Assembly: GCA_020137815.1 (NCBI GenBank)
Contig: CM035357.1
Coordinates: forward strand, 6,758,001-6,822,000
DNA: 64,000 bases
Source of the DNA: Hormiphora californensis
Lineage: Eukaryota > Animalia > Ctenophora
Direction: 5' to 3'
Shown piece after piece: positions 36,037-47,889 of this stretch. The notes beneath the pieces are model-generated. The model was not told where the DNA came from and ran no database searches. It worked only from the letters and a program-made list of their open reading frames with translations. Position 1 is the stretch's first letter; every line of letters begins with the position of its first letter. A program made the position numbers and the translations under genes.

Positions 36037-37104
36037 AGTCTCATCATCATACAGTGTTTATAATCCCAATGTTGCACCCTCTCATCGGTTCCCCCAAGGC
36101 TCGGGCCTGAGATTGTCTCACAACAGCTGTTATACTAACAACCTTTAATTCTTAAAGTTGCAGCTGTGTTTGGTAAATTAGTAAATCTCGCTCTCCTTGA
36201 CGTCATCTTTCATTCACTTTCAGTTTTCTAGTCATGCCTGAGTCTTCTGATACATCCTGAATGAACTATCTACGACATCAACTGTGAACTTTTGATGATA
36301 GTGGTACTTTTGAATCTGGTTGGAATTTGTATGCCTTGACTCGATGCTCGAAATGATCAATGATTCAGTTTGAGACTTATATCGGAGCTGCTGGATGTAC
36401 TGAAGGCTGTGTGTACTTCTCTTTGTGTTGTAGTTGATATGCACATTTGAGTGGTGACTGCATAAGGTAAAAGTGAATGGATCTGGTACTAATTAATGTA
36501 CAACAATGTCATTGTTCCTCATCCGCATGTGTGTGTCGAAAGTAGGCTAGCTTCTTCCTGTGTGGACTGCAGTTATTAATGTTGTATTGGTTCATTTTCA
36601 GATTTTGATGATGTCAATTGCCATGGGTCTATCATTACCATTGGTACAGGAAAACAAAAACTTTTTCACTTGCCGATCAATTCGATCTCACCAACTCTTT
36701 GGTGTTGGTATGATATAGAGCGTATTTTGTATTCCGAATCGACTGACAGCAGGTGCAGTTATTTTTTCCCTCGGCGTTTTTATGCCCCTAAGGTTTTTGT
36801 TTTTGAAATGATATGCTGTCTTAGTGGTGTCATAAGGTATTCGAGAGAGAGAGAGAGAGAGGAGAGAAGAGATACGAGAGCGCGTAGAGCGCGATACGTC
36901 TATATAGAGAGAGAGAGGAGAGAGAGATAGAGAGAGAAGACGAGATCTAGAGGCGCCGTATAGAGCATGATGGGAGGGGTGCTCTATGTACTCCTTAACT
37001 TACTGAGAGTACCAAAATCGCCCTATCTCCCTTCCTTTATTATCCCTCTCCTCTTCCTCTCCTCTCTCACTCTCTCGTCTCTCTCTCTCTCACACACACT
37101 CTCC

Positions 37105-37184
<80 letters not shown>

Positions 37185-37595
37185 TCTCTCTCTGCTAACT
37201 TTCTCTCTAATCCCGATCCATCTTGATCTCTTCTCTGCATGCAGTAGATTCTTCAAATGTTAATTAATCTTGTAACACACTGCAAGGGTTGATGTGAGAT
37301 ATCCACCCTGATCAGAGATATCCACCCAGGATAGTATCATGAACTCCCTTCATAGTATCACAACCTGCATCAGTCTTATGTTCTGTTGTGCTTGGCAGTG
37401 AAACAATGGAACAACGTTGTCTAGAATGAAGACTATTTCTAACTCAGTTTTGCTTTTGGCTGGTATTGTTGGTAGGACATTCGGTTGGAGTTGGAATCTA
37501 CTACTTCTATCTTGTCTGGTTTGCATGTGCGGCATATTGTCTTGCACTGTCTCACTCCCTGTCTCTCTTTCTCTCTCTCTTTCTCTCCATCACAG

Positions 37596-37632
<37 letters not shown>

Positions 37633-38954
37633 CCTCCCTCCGATTGTCTTGTGTGAACAACAGCTCTCCGCAGCTTGAAAATTCACACAGATGTGTGTGT
37701 GAAACATCTGAATTGTATGGGAAACATCAAACAGCTGTATTACTGTAAATCTGTGGTTTAATTTCAGTTTCCATGGCAGTCCTATTATAATTCTTCTCCA
37801 ATTGTGCCCATTCTTCCCCAATTATTTTACACATGCTACTAAATCCTTCATATAATGTTCATGTCACTGCATTTCGTGGCATCTGGTGGCGCCAGACCCC
37901 TTTTTCAGTGTGCTTAGATCAGGGTTTGTGGCGACTGGTGACCAATCATAACTTTCCCATATATGGTTTATCAATATGGCGATGTAAACATGTTTCCATA
38001 TTCAAATGTTGTACCTAGCAACATGTTGCTACATACTTGTATAACCGTTTATCTCGTTGTGATAAACGTCCGTTTAACGTGCTCTTTCCGTTTTAACGAC
38101 AACTCTTCTATAACACATTCCTCCCTTTTTAGTTGTTAGCTGTTGACACACTGAGCTGCGTCTAGACTTGTTGGAGAAGCCGGTACAACAGTAAGCTGGT
38201 AAACTGTTAGTACCAAGTAGTAGTTACCTACACAGCGTGAAGCGAGGAGCTGAACATGAGTTTCAAGACACGACTCCTTGTGTAAGTATTGGGGGAACGT
38301 AAGTAGTTTTTCGCTGTATTTGTTTCAAAGTTTGGTGTACTTTATTAAAATTACAAAGCTAAATTTTAGATTAGTTTGTCATCGGCTCCGCCTTGATTTA
38401 AAAAATTTACTGAGAGCTTCAAACCTTTGAAACGTGTGACCAGGAATGTCCTATTTTCAGCCTGATAGGTCTTGGAATGAACACACCTTTTTACTTTTCT
38501 TTGAGAAAGAAGAAGTCATAGTTCTTCTAAGAGAGAGAAAGATAGAGAGCTATTTGGAGACTCTCTATATTTCTCAATCTCTAGTAAGAGAGGCCTCTCT
38601 CTAGATCAGGGAATGAAACTAGACAGTGATATACATTAGATAGATTCTGCTTGACGATAGTAATTACAGTAATTGTTTGGAGAATCTCACTTTAGCTTTG
38701 TAACGCTAAATTCTCAACTTTCCATTTCTCTCGTTTTATACATCAAGTCTGGTTGTTCTACACAACTCTGCTTGTTTCAAGTGTCGTAATGTCAGAGAGA
38801 AATGTAGCTTGGATATCGCCTAGTGGTCCCATCAGGTGAATAATAAAACAAACTTTGCAAATCTGGCGCTTTCCAGCGCAGAAATTAACTCGTCTCGTAA
38901 TTTTGTATCGCTAAGAGTTGTGAATATATTTCCTCTGATTGCGGATTTGTCAGC

Positions 38955-39028
38955 GCCTTCTTGGCTCAGTTGGTTAGAGCGTCAGTCTCATAATCTGAAG
39001 GTCGTGAGTTCGAGCCTCACAGAGGGCA
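38955..39028 (+). tRNA. tRNA-Met (CAT), elongator type
   Basis: Acceptor stem GCCTTCT/AGAGGGC, anticodon arm TCAGT-CTCATAA-TCTGA, T-loop GTTCGAGC, downstream TTTT terminator. Confidence 0.95.
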
Positions 39029-39279
39029 TGATATTTTGGAAAAATTTAGAGTTTTTATTTTGTTAGTTAACTAACAAAATAAAAACTTTTATAGGATTGT
39101 ATATTGTTTGTGCTCAGCATTAATTAACTATATCCTGTTATATCGCCAATTAACAGTATCTATCTATTTCCAGGTACGAGGACAAAACAGCCCTGGAATG
39201 TGAGTAAAATCTAAACATATTTTACCATCATCCAAAACTTTGACACTTTTTAGTCCTCCACATATACTGATAAAGTTAA

Positions 39280-39500
39280 CAATACCATAGATAATGTATA
39301 CCATAGTTAACAGTTAACACCCCCCCCCCCCGTTAACATGATACCATAGTTAACAGTTAAAACCCCCCCCCTCCGTTAACATACCATAGTTAACAGTTAA
39401 CACCCCCCCCCCCCCCGTTAACATACCATAGTAAACACCCCCATTAACATACCATAGTTAACAATTAACACCCCCCCCCCCCCGTTAACATACCACGATA
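39280..39500. repeat. About 40-bp minisatellite
   Basis: ATACCATAGTTAACAGTTAACA-Cn-GTTAAC repeated about 5 times. Confidence 0.85.
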
Positions 39501-42431
39501 GACATGTTCAGATCGGTAGGGTCTCATATTTATATAATCGAGTCTTGAAGTCATGGCTATAACCCTGGACATAGCTACACGAACACCTATCAAGTTTCAC
39601 TAGGTAGAGAGTCATCACAGTAAAATACCTCCAGTCTCAGCTTTTGATCAGTTCATTCGTAAATTATCTGACCATCGATCAGCTTGATCCCGGAGTTTGC
39701 TAGAATCGTGAAAATAAATGAAATTTAGTGAAATAATAGGAAACATTAAAAAGATAGAAGGATACTGGATAAAGGGAGAGAGGGAGAGGGTAGATGAAAA
39801 CTTTAAACATATTGTTACCAGTTATATTACACACTACACCTGTGGTCCCTATACTGACTGTTAGATGTCACACTTTCTAGTTTACTCATAGTGAATTCTA
39901 AGCAGTGGCTATAATAATTCAATCATACTGAAACTAATCTCGAATTCTTGAATTGTGGCCGTTAAAACCGCTGCAAGTGCCTCTATAGTAGATAACATAT
40001 TATTTGAATTTATTCAGATAGAAATAACAAAAATTCATACTGTTTAATCATCACCACTTTGTCCCGTCTCTCTATTTTGAAAAGGGAGACAAGGGGGTTA
40101 GAGAGTTGATTCGTAGCATAAATTTTAGTCTTCATTAATTTTTCGGCGTATAACTACTTGAATTACGGTGTCTAGCTAAGTAGCCATAACTCAATAGCCC
40201 ATAATATGTTCTTCTTCTAGATTGTGCTGTCTATAGAGCTGGGTTAAAGGTTTAGAAACCTTCCCAGGCGGCCTTTTCAATTTTTAGGGTTGCTTTCTAA
40301 TTTCTGTTTTGCATTTTTGATGTGTTCAAATACATCTGGTCTCTCAAAGATTTAAAACCTGGAGATTTTCTGGAAGTTTTTCACTTTGACCGGTACTGCA
40401 ATTGTAAACGACTTCCCCACAGCAGCTCCCTTTTAACGGAATATATATACATAGTTTAAATTCCCCACAGCAGTATGATGTAATGTAACTGTGAAACATG
40501 TTTAACCACTAGCTGTACCATTACCACCATTCACTTCGAGCTCGATCTCAGTCGCTGTGTCTATGTCACCAATTTTAAAATCATGCTTATAATAATCTTG
40601 CTTAATGATCTATGTTGTAGTTTAGTAGTTTGCATCTAGAATGAACTTTCCTTCCCCAATGAGTGAATATAAATGCTAGTTCCCAGGAAAATTATTGTTC
40701 ACTCCGACAGAAAGTCACCCCCCACCCAAGTTACCCCATTAAGAATAGCTCTGGTTGGTCTCTATTTAAATTCTCAAACCATGCTATTCTAAGAATTTGG
40801 GGTGAATTTTCTTCGTACCTGTATAACGGGGGTCTGATCGAGAGAAATACCATATTGGGGGATATTGTGCAGATTTCTGTTCATGGGGCAGCTGCATCGG
40901 TGGTATATTGTAATTGCACCAATCAGCCTGAAATTGAATACGGCGTGGGTGGTCATAGATTCGCGTGAACTGTCAAGCTAAGAATAGGCGAAGAATAGTA
41001 TTTTATTCACTCAATTTTCTCTCAGCACTCAGCAGCGTCCCCATTTGCCAATCTCTGTCCCAGTAATAATAAGTATATTTAATGACTTGCTTGACCCATT
41101 TGATGGAGTGTGAACTACTTGCGTGATATTATTTCTTGTGCTCCTGAGAAACAAGATCGGACTTGCTGTATCTTCTCTGATATATCGCTTTCTGAGCTAG
41201 TAAACTGAGTGACAGATGAAAATACACAGTAGTTTCAAGTGTTGTGAGTCGTGTTTGAGTTGTCGGCTACTCATTTTCTATATTTGTTTGAACTTGAAAG
41301 AGGTGATCCTAACCCAAATGAAGGTTTGATGTTTCTTGGAATTGGGACATTGGGCCGGATTTCGTGGAAAGCCTTGCTAAAGTGGGTATTACAAACTCTT
41401 TATATTTACGGAGCGGAAAGTTACAAATAAAAAGGGGTAGGAAAGGAGCTCGCTGTGTCTCAATTTAGTAGTATATACCCTGGGCGGTGGGGAAACAGGA
41501 GGAGCGTAGTTAAATGGGTCAAAGGGAGCTGGGGGAATGTTGGAATAATTTGGAAAAAGCGGTTGGAGCCTGAGAAGTAATATAGATCTTGATTGTAAAA
41601 CGGGGGGAGGGGGGTTTGATTGGATTGCCTTTTACAACCCGCATGCAGTATTGATTTACATGCAGCCCCGATTAGTACCTTCCGAACTCGAAGCCTTGTC
41701 CTCTCCCGTCTCTACACTATAAACTTCTTCCCGCTCTCTGCCTCTCTCTCCTCGCCAAAACTGACTCGCGTTTTCTTCCCGACCCCCAAAACAGAAAGGG
41801 AAACGTTCTCATAGCAGGACAGCCATCCATCAGAGAAATGCCGCTTCTAAAAGCTCTTTCTTCTCTTACCCCCCTATTGCTCTCTCCTCTCTTTCTCATT
41901 ATTTGCCCCTCTCTTGTTCCCCTCCCATCAGTTATGATCTTGTTTTAATCCTTTCTTTTTAGCCGCATCAGATTCCTCACAACAGCAAATACGTGCGCCC
42001 CTTTTCTCACATATCATATTGTGGGGTTGCTCCATTTTTAAAGTATTAATGGTTCCTATGTCAATTAAGATTGAAACGGTTAACCTTTTGTTCCCCGTAC
42101 TCACAAGGGCTTACCATTGCTAGCCGTATAAGATGCCATTAGCACCCTGATTTTGGCCGATGGCCTGACCTTTTTGTTTTAGTTTTCATATGTTTTGATC
42201 CAGTTATTTCTACTGCAGATCCCTATGAATCATGACGGCTAGTAGAATAGAGCTAAAGAGGAATGCAGGTTACCATGGTAACCAGAGTATGGTCATCAGG
42301 AATCTGTGCTGCTAATTTTCTTTTATGTTGTAAAAGTGTTACCCGTAGCCATTTCCTATATACCTCAAAAAAAAGGGGCCCCAGGCCTTAAAACCCCAGG
42401 GGGGGGGGGCCCGGGGGGGGAAGGGGGGGGG

Positions 42432-42467
<36 letters not shown>

Positions 42468-43004
42468 AAAATTTTACCCCCCCCCCCCAAAAAAGTTTTT
42501 GAAAATTTTTTTTTTTAAGGGAAAAGAGAAAAAGGAAATCGGGGGTTTTTTAGAATCTTAAGGGGGGGCCCAGAAAAAAAGTAAAGTTTTTGGAATTGGT
42601 TTTCAAGTAGAAAAACCGGTTTATTTTTGTTTTTTCTTTAACCCAAGGGCTTACCCCCCCTATAAAGCCCACCCTGTTTTTCCCCCCCTTTTTACTTTTT
42701 GTTTTAGTTTTCTATGTTTTGATCCAGTATTTTGGAAATGAACATGACGGCTAGTAGAATGAGTAAAGAGGAAGCGGGTTCCTTTGGTAACCAGAGTAGG
42801 GGGTTTCTGGGTTTTCCCTTAATTTATATGTTGTAAATTTTAAAACCTTTCCCCTGACCATAATAATAATGGGCATGTCGATCTGACGGATATTTGTAAG
42901 TTTTAAAAAACACTCATCCGGTGCTGTCAAGTAGATTATATCCTTGCCATACCCAGATGAATGTGTGTACTACATAATTTCTAGTTTAAAACGAATATCA
43001 TCAT

Positions 43005-43159
43005 TAAAGTCGGATTTTTTGAAGTTGTCACCCCAAAATGACCGCGCATGTGAAATTTATCAATTTTGACGCGCACACCACACGTTAACATGTGATGTGA
43101 CGCGCAAGAACATTCCGCGCACGAAAAGGGGGGTGACAACTTCAAAAAATCCGACTTTA
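43005..43159. mobile_element. 155-bp MITE
   Basis: 30-bp TIR TAAAGTCGGATTTTTTGAAGTTGTCACCCC with an exact reverse complement; CAT on both flanks. Confidence 0.8.
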
Positions 43160-43272
43160 CATCAGTTTATAAAATCACCGAAATTTTGTTGAATTTTTTT
43201 CCCTACTTCATTAGTGCAAGAAATACTAATAGAGACGAGAGTCAGAGACTGTCTCTCTGAGAGAGAGTGAGA

Positions 43273-43314
<42 letters not shown>

Positions 43315-43701
43315 TGGTCCACCTGCCACCACCTCCAATCGGTTTCCCCCGGGCAACGGGGTCACACGGAGTACCTTTTTCCCCATCCCCTTTTCCCCCT
43401 GTTCGATTTCCAGGTCCGTGTGGCCGCGGCTGAGCGTGGCTGTGTATCAGAAATACGGAAAAAATCAGAAAATACAAAATACAAAAACATCTTGGCAAGG
43501 CGGCCCACAGTGTATTATCGCCAACTATTATGTTCCTACCCCGCCTTCTCCGGCTCAGGGTTACCAGTGGAACAGGCATCTTCCAGCCAACTGTGGACCC
43601 CCAACGCCCCTTTATCCGCTAACCAATACTGTTTTTGTTCTACTAGCCCCCCTAACCCACTTCTTCCATTTTTGATAGGGTTCTACATCGGAGATGATTT
43701 T

Positions 43702-44322
43702 TTGGAACGGGGTGGCTGTCCTCTCTGGAGCGGGGTCAGCTGTCTTTACTGGAACGGGGTCAGCTGTCCTTACTGGAGCGGGGTCAGCCGTCCTCTCTGG
43801 AACGGGGTGGCTGTCCTCTCTGGAGCGGGGTCAGCTGTCTTTACTGGAGCGGGGTCAGCTGTCCTTACTGGAGCGGGGTCAGCTGTCTTCTCTGGAGCGG
43901 GGTGGCTGTCTTCTCTGGAACGGGGTCAGCTGTCCCTACTGGAGCGGGGCCAGCTGTCTTTACTGGAGCGGGGTCAGCTGTCCTTACTGGAACGGGGTCA
44001 GCTGTCCTCTCTGGAGCGAGGTGGCTGTCCTCTCTGGAACGGGGTCACCTGTCTTTACTGGAGCGGGGTCAGCTGTCTTTACTGGAGCGGGGTCAGCTGT
44101 CCTTGCTGGAACGGGGTCAGCTGTCTTCTCTGGAACGGGGTGGCTGTCTTCTCTGGATCGGGGTCAGCTGGCTTCTCTGGAGCGGGGTCAGCTGGCTTTT
44201 CTGGGGCGGGGTCAGCTGGCTTCTCTGGAGCGGGGCCAGCTGGCTTCTCTGGAGCGGGGTCGGCTGTCTTCTCTGGGGCGGGGTCAGCTGGCTTCTCTGG
44301 GGCGGGCTGGCTGTCCTCTCTG
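43702..44322. repeat. GC-rich 23-25-bp minisatellite
   Basis: CTGGAGCGGGGTCAGCTGTCTTTA-like unit, about 25 copies; accounts for the overlapping long ORFs. Confidence 0.9.
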
Positions 44323-44592
44323 GCTCGACTTGTGGTCATCATCCATTTGTGTTATTTTATTTTTTTTTTCGCTCGAACCCGTTCCTGCTTGTTTTAGGCT
44401 GCCTTAGATTCAGACGGTTTGCTTCTTCAGTTCCTGATAAGTTGTCTCTTCTTAGAATTCATTGTAGCAGATTGGGCTTCTTTGCAGATAGTTTAGGAGG
44501 TCTTGTGCTCCGTCACCATGAGCTTTAATCCCCCTTTCCTTAACCCATATGTACATTGTTCAATTTACCCGTATGTACATTGTTCTACCTAC

Positions 44593-45539
44593 TAGTAGAG
44601 TCGATAAGAACACTCACCTCCTCCGATTTCAGTGAAACTTCTCACATGCTAACATATGATAATGGAGGTACAAATACCGCTTATTTTAGGTCCGAAAAAC
44701 TTTTGGTTCGTTAATTATCGCTAATTGAAAAACGCCAAAAATGGGCTAAAATGGCCCTTAAGGTGGATTTGAAATTTTGGAGTTGGAACTCCAGACTTCG
44801 TACAGGTGTCCGCTAGGATGCCAATATGCACCACAGGCGGGCTCAGGCCTAAATTCGTCCGAATTTTTGCGTAAGGCCGGATGGCGTGAATTTTGGTCAC
44901 GTGATTTGGGCAAAAAATCAGTTTTTTGCTATTTGTGCCTTTCCTGCACGCCGGAGATGAAAAATAAGGCCATTTCCTCTCATTTATTTTTCTTTCTGCA
45001 TCGATTAAGCAGGCTATGAACCTCCCTTACTTCAACGGTTCAGAAGTTAGAGTTTTGCAAAAAAAGAGCGGGAGACTAGATGGCGTCAATTTTGTAAGGC
45101 GATTTGTGTCTTTCCTGTGCGTCTGGGATGAAAAATGATGTCAAAACGTGTCATTTTCATCATATTCTGCATCGATTAAGCAGGTTATAAACATCCCTTA
45201 CTTGAGCGGTTCAGAAGTTAGCCGAGGTCACGTGACCAAGATTTACGCCATCCGGTCTTACGCAAAAATTCGGACGAATTTAGGCCTGAGCCCGCCTGTG
45301 GTGCATATTGGCATCCTAGCGGACACCTGTACGAAGTCTGGAGTTCCAACTCCAAAATTTCAAATCCACCTTAAGGGCCATTTTAGCCCATTTTTGGCGT
45401 TTTTCAATTAGCGATAATTAACGAACCAAAAACTTTTTGGACCTAAAATAAGCGGTATTTGTACCTCCATTATCATATTTTAGCATGTGAGAAGTTTTAC
45501 TGAAATCGGAGGAGGTGAGTGTTCTTATCGACTCTACTA
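44593..45539. mobile_element. Palindromic hAT-like MITE (TAG termini)
   Basis: Inverted arms of more than 300 bp starting TAGTAGAGTCGATAAGAACACTCACC; flanks TACC-TAC / TACCCTAC (8-bp TSD with one indel). Confidence 0.85.
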
Positions 45540-45698
45540 TACCCTACCTTTACTCCGCAGGCCCTCCGGGCCCTCAGATCCAACAGGATCCGGGTCCGGG
45601 GGATTTAACCCTGCTCTCGCATGGGGCCTCACGGCCCCATGTGGGAGTGGTGCGTGTAGTGGACCGAGAGAGAGAGAGAGAGAGGAGAGAGGAGAGAT

Positions 45699-45788
<90 letters not shown>

Positions 45789-46294
45789 GATAGAGAGAGA
45801 TCAGAGAGGGTGGGATTAGAGATGACATCTGTCACTCCATAACGTTGACAAGTAATAAAGCTCAAGTAATGAATTTTTAAGCAACTTACTGATCTCATTT
45901 TGATTGGTAATATTAAAATCTCTCTGTATAGGCAAGTGTGAATCCTCAATGTATTAATAATTGTAGTTGGTTGTCAGTTTTACTATCATCATTACATCAC
46001 CCTATCAAGAATCCAACACCTCACGAATTACTCCCTCTCCAGCTCACACCCAGGTTCCCCCCGCCATCATAACTCTTCTCACCTACCTGAGGGGGAATAC
46101 CCCCTGCTATCCAGTTTGGAATTTGTGTTCTTTCCACACTTGTTCGAGCCTCTCTCTCCCCTGGGTTTAAAAAAGACAACTCCACCCCTACAGATCCCGA
46201 TTTATTCCTAAACCTCTCAGGTCCCTATGTTATTCCTAACCCCCCACTCACTCAGGACCTGCCCAGTTCCTAACAACCCCCTCCACTCCCTCAG

Positions 46295-47413
46295 GTCCGG
46301 ATATCCCTGAAGCAGAAGCCGCGGCTGTCATGGGACGAGGAAGCGGTAACTGAATCCTCACAACAAAACTTCAGCGAGTTTGCTGCCGTTGTCTACCGTC
46401 GGTTAAAGGTCTACCGAGGGATTTACATCTTTTACTCCATCACCAGTTTCATGCTGGGTCTTCCTGTGACTGTTACGGGCTTCAAAAAACAATTCTTCCC
46501 ACTTGACGAAACAGAAGATGTTGATGTCCTGTACTGTCCACACTATCTTGGGATTGTCTCACTTCTCTCTTGTTTCATATCCCTCTGGACAGCACTAAAG
46601 AACCAGATTATTCTCTGTGTGCTGACCCTCCTTAGTGGGCTGATCACTGTTATAGCTGCCATGATAGTGCTGGTAACTACAGCTCTACAACTAACCAACC
46701 TTGCTCAGTTGAACACAATGGAGAAACACACTAACCAGCAGACTCACGTGATTTTCATATTTAGTATCGGCCTCCTAATTGGGTCGTTAGCCATCGTTAT
46801 TACAACTTTGTCGCATTTGTCAGGAAGAAGGGGTAAGAGGAGTATCAGGAACAAGTTGACGGATTCAGTGCCGTCTAGTGGTAATTTGTGTTTGGGTGGT
46901 TTTGTCCCCGGAGGAGAGGGAGGAGGGAGGGGTGAGTACACCTTACCCGACACCAAGGTCGCTTCTTGTAAAAGTGACATGGAGTCACTGAAGGTGAAAG
47001 TTTCAAATGCTCACCGGAACTCTTTTGCAACCACAATTTCAAATTTGGTGAGGCATGAACTCAGGGCGAGTGTCAGGGGTTCATCTCCCAGAGACACAAG
47101 ACCGGAACGGGTCAAAAAGACCCAATCTTGTCCAAATGAGCGACGACAAAAAGCAGGATCCATGGACTTTTTACACGTGAAACCTGTTACTCGTTCCAGT
47201 ACCCGGTCCCTTCCTGCCTCCGGGGCGATATCTGTTCCAGAGATAGACATAGAGGGAGCGAGTACAGAGGAGGATAGTATATCTTCAACCAAGTGCACAA
47301 TGGACCATATTATTGAGTGTGTGAGAGCGGATGGGGAGGAGGTTTTGTCCAAGTCACCCCCGGAGTCTGTTGTCGCGATTATTGATTGTCATGCAAAGGA
47401 GAGTGTTGTATGA
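46295..47413 (+). CDS. Terminal exon of a membrane protein with about 4 TM segments and a long Ser-rich tail; upstream exons unresolved
   Basis: Open frame from acceptor TCAG|GTC at 46295 to TGA at 47413; four hydrophobic segments. Confidence 0.6.
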   Translation, partial: VRISLKQKPRLSWDEEAVTESSQQNFSEFAAVVYRRLKVYRGIYIFYSITSFMLGLPVTVTGFKKQFFPLDETEDVDVLYCPHYLGIVSLLSCFISLWTALKNQIILCVLTLLSGLITVIAAMIVLVTTALQLTNLAQLNTMEKHTNQQTHVIFIFSIGLLIGSLAIVITTLSHLSGRRGKRSIRNKLTDSVPSSGNLCLGGFVPGGEGGGRGEYTLPDTKVASCKSDMESLKVKVSNAHRNSFATTISNLVRHELRASVRGSSPRDTRPERVKKTQSCPNERRQKAGSMDFLHVKPVTRSSTRSLPASGAISVPEIDIEGASTEEDSISSTKCTMDHIIECVRADGEEVLSKSPPESVVAIIDCHAKESVV

Positions 47414-47479
47414 ATTGGTTTATTTTCAAATTTAGTTTTTACCAATTGAGATATGCATTTTCCACTTGTTCCTGGTGTT

Positions 47480-47850
47480 TGGTCACGTGAGTCTTGAGGT
47501 GACGTCATTTTGTCACGCGCAAATATAAAGCCGCGCATTGTAATACTATCAAGAAAAAGCGCCGCGCAACTTCATGAAGCTCAAATTCTTGAAATTTACG
47601 TGCAAAATTTTCAGTTTTTTTCACTCCAAAATATTTTTGGCAAAAGTCGAAAAATGTCCTCCTGTCACTCGGTTGACGGTTCTCGTTATTATTTTACATT
47701 CCTATACTCCATTTTTTTCAACTGTTCACCCCCCCAAAGTCGTGCGCGGAATTGTTTTGCGCGTTTATCACATGTTAACGTATAGCGCGCGCGACCCAAA
47801 TTCTAATTTTTATTAAATTTCAGTTTTTGGGTGAACAGTTGAAAAAAAAT
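47480..47850 (+). promoter_or_regulatory. Putative BAG6 promoter region
   Basis: GTCACGTGA (E-box) and TGACGTCA (CRE) at about 47482-47507, several CGCG/GCGCGC motifs, and a short IR TTTTTCAACTGTTCACCC / GGGTGAACAGTTGAAAAA. Confidence 0.4.
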
Positions 47851-47889
47851 AGACTTTAACCTTGGATCAATTATCTAGGAGATAGCTAG

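Noticed and set aside
36130-38020. Minus-strand coding-like fragments, possibly a decayed TE or pseudogene
   Set aside because: Multiple stops and no motif I can identify; needs a translated search.
38257-39199. Two micro-exon candidates (38257-38282, 39174-39199) around the tRNA as 5' exons of the 46295 gene
   Set aside because: Splice signals are plausible, but the phases do not join to 46295 without an unseen exon.
42367-42860. Homopolymer block followed by a noisy copy of about 42030-42360
   Set aside because: The second copy differs mainly by run-length errors and dropouts, consistent with a poor read rather than a real duplication.
43267-44528. Long overlapping ORFs (376, 237, 208 aa)
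   Set aside because: Produced by a stop-poor minisatellite with units of mixed length; no consistent reading frame.
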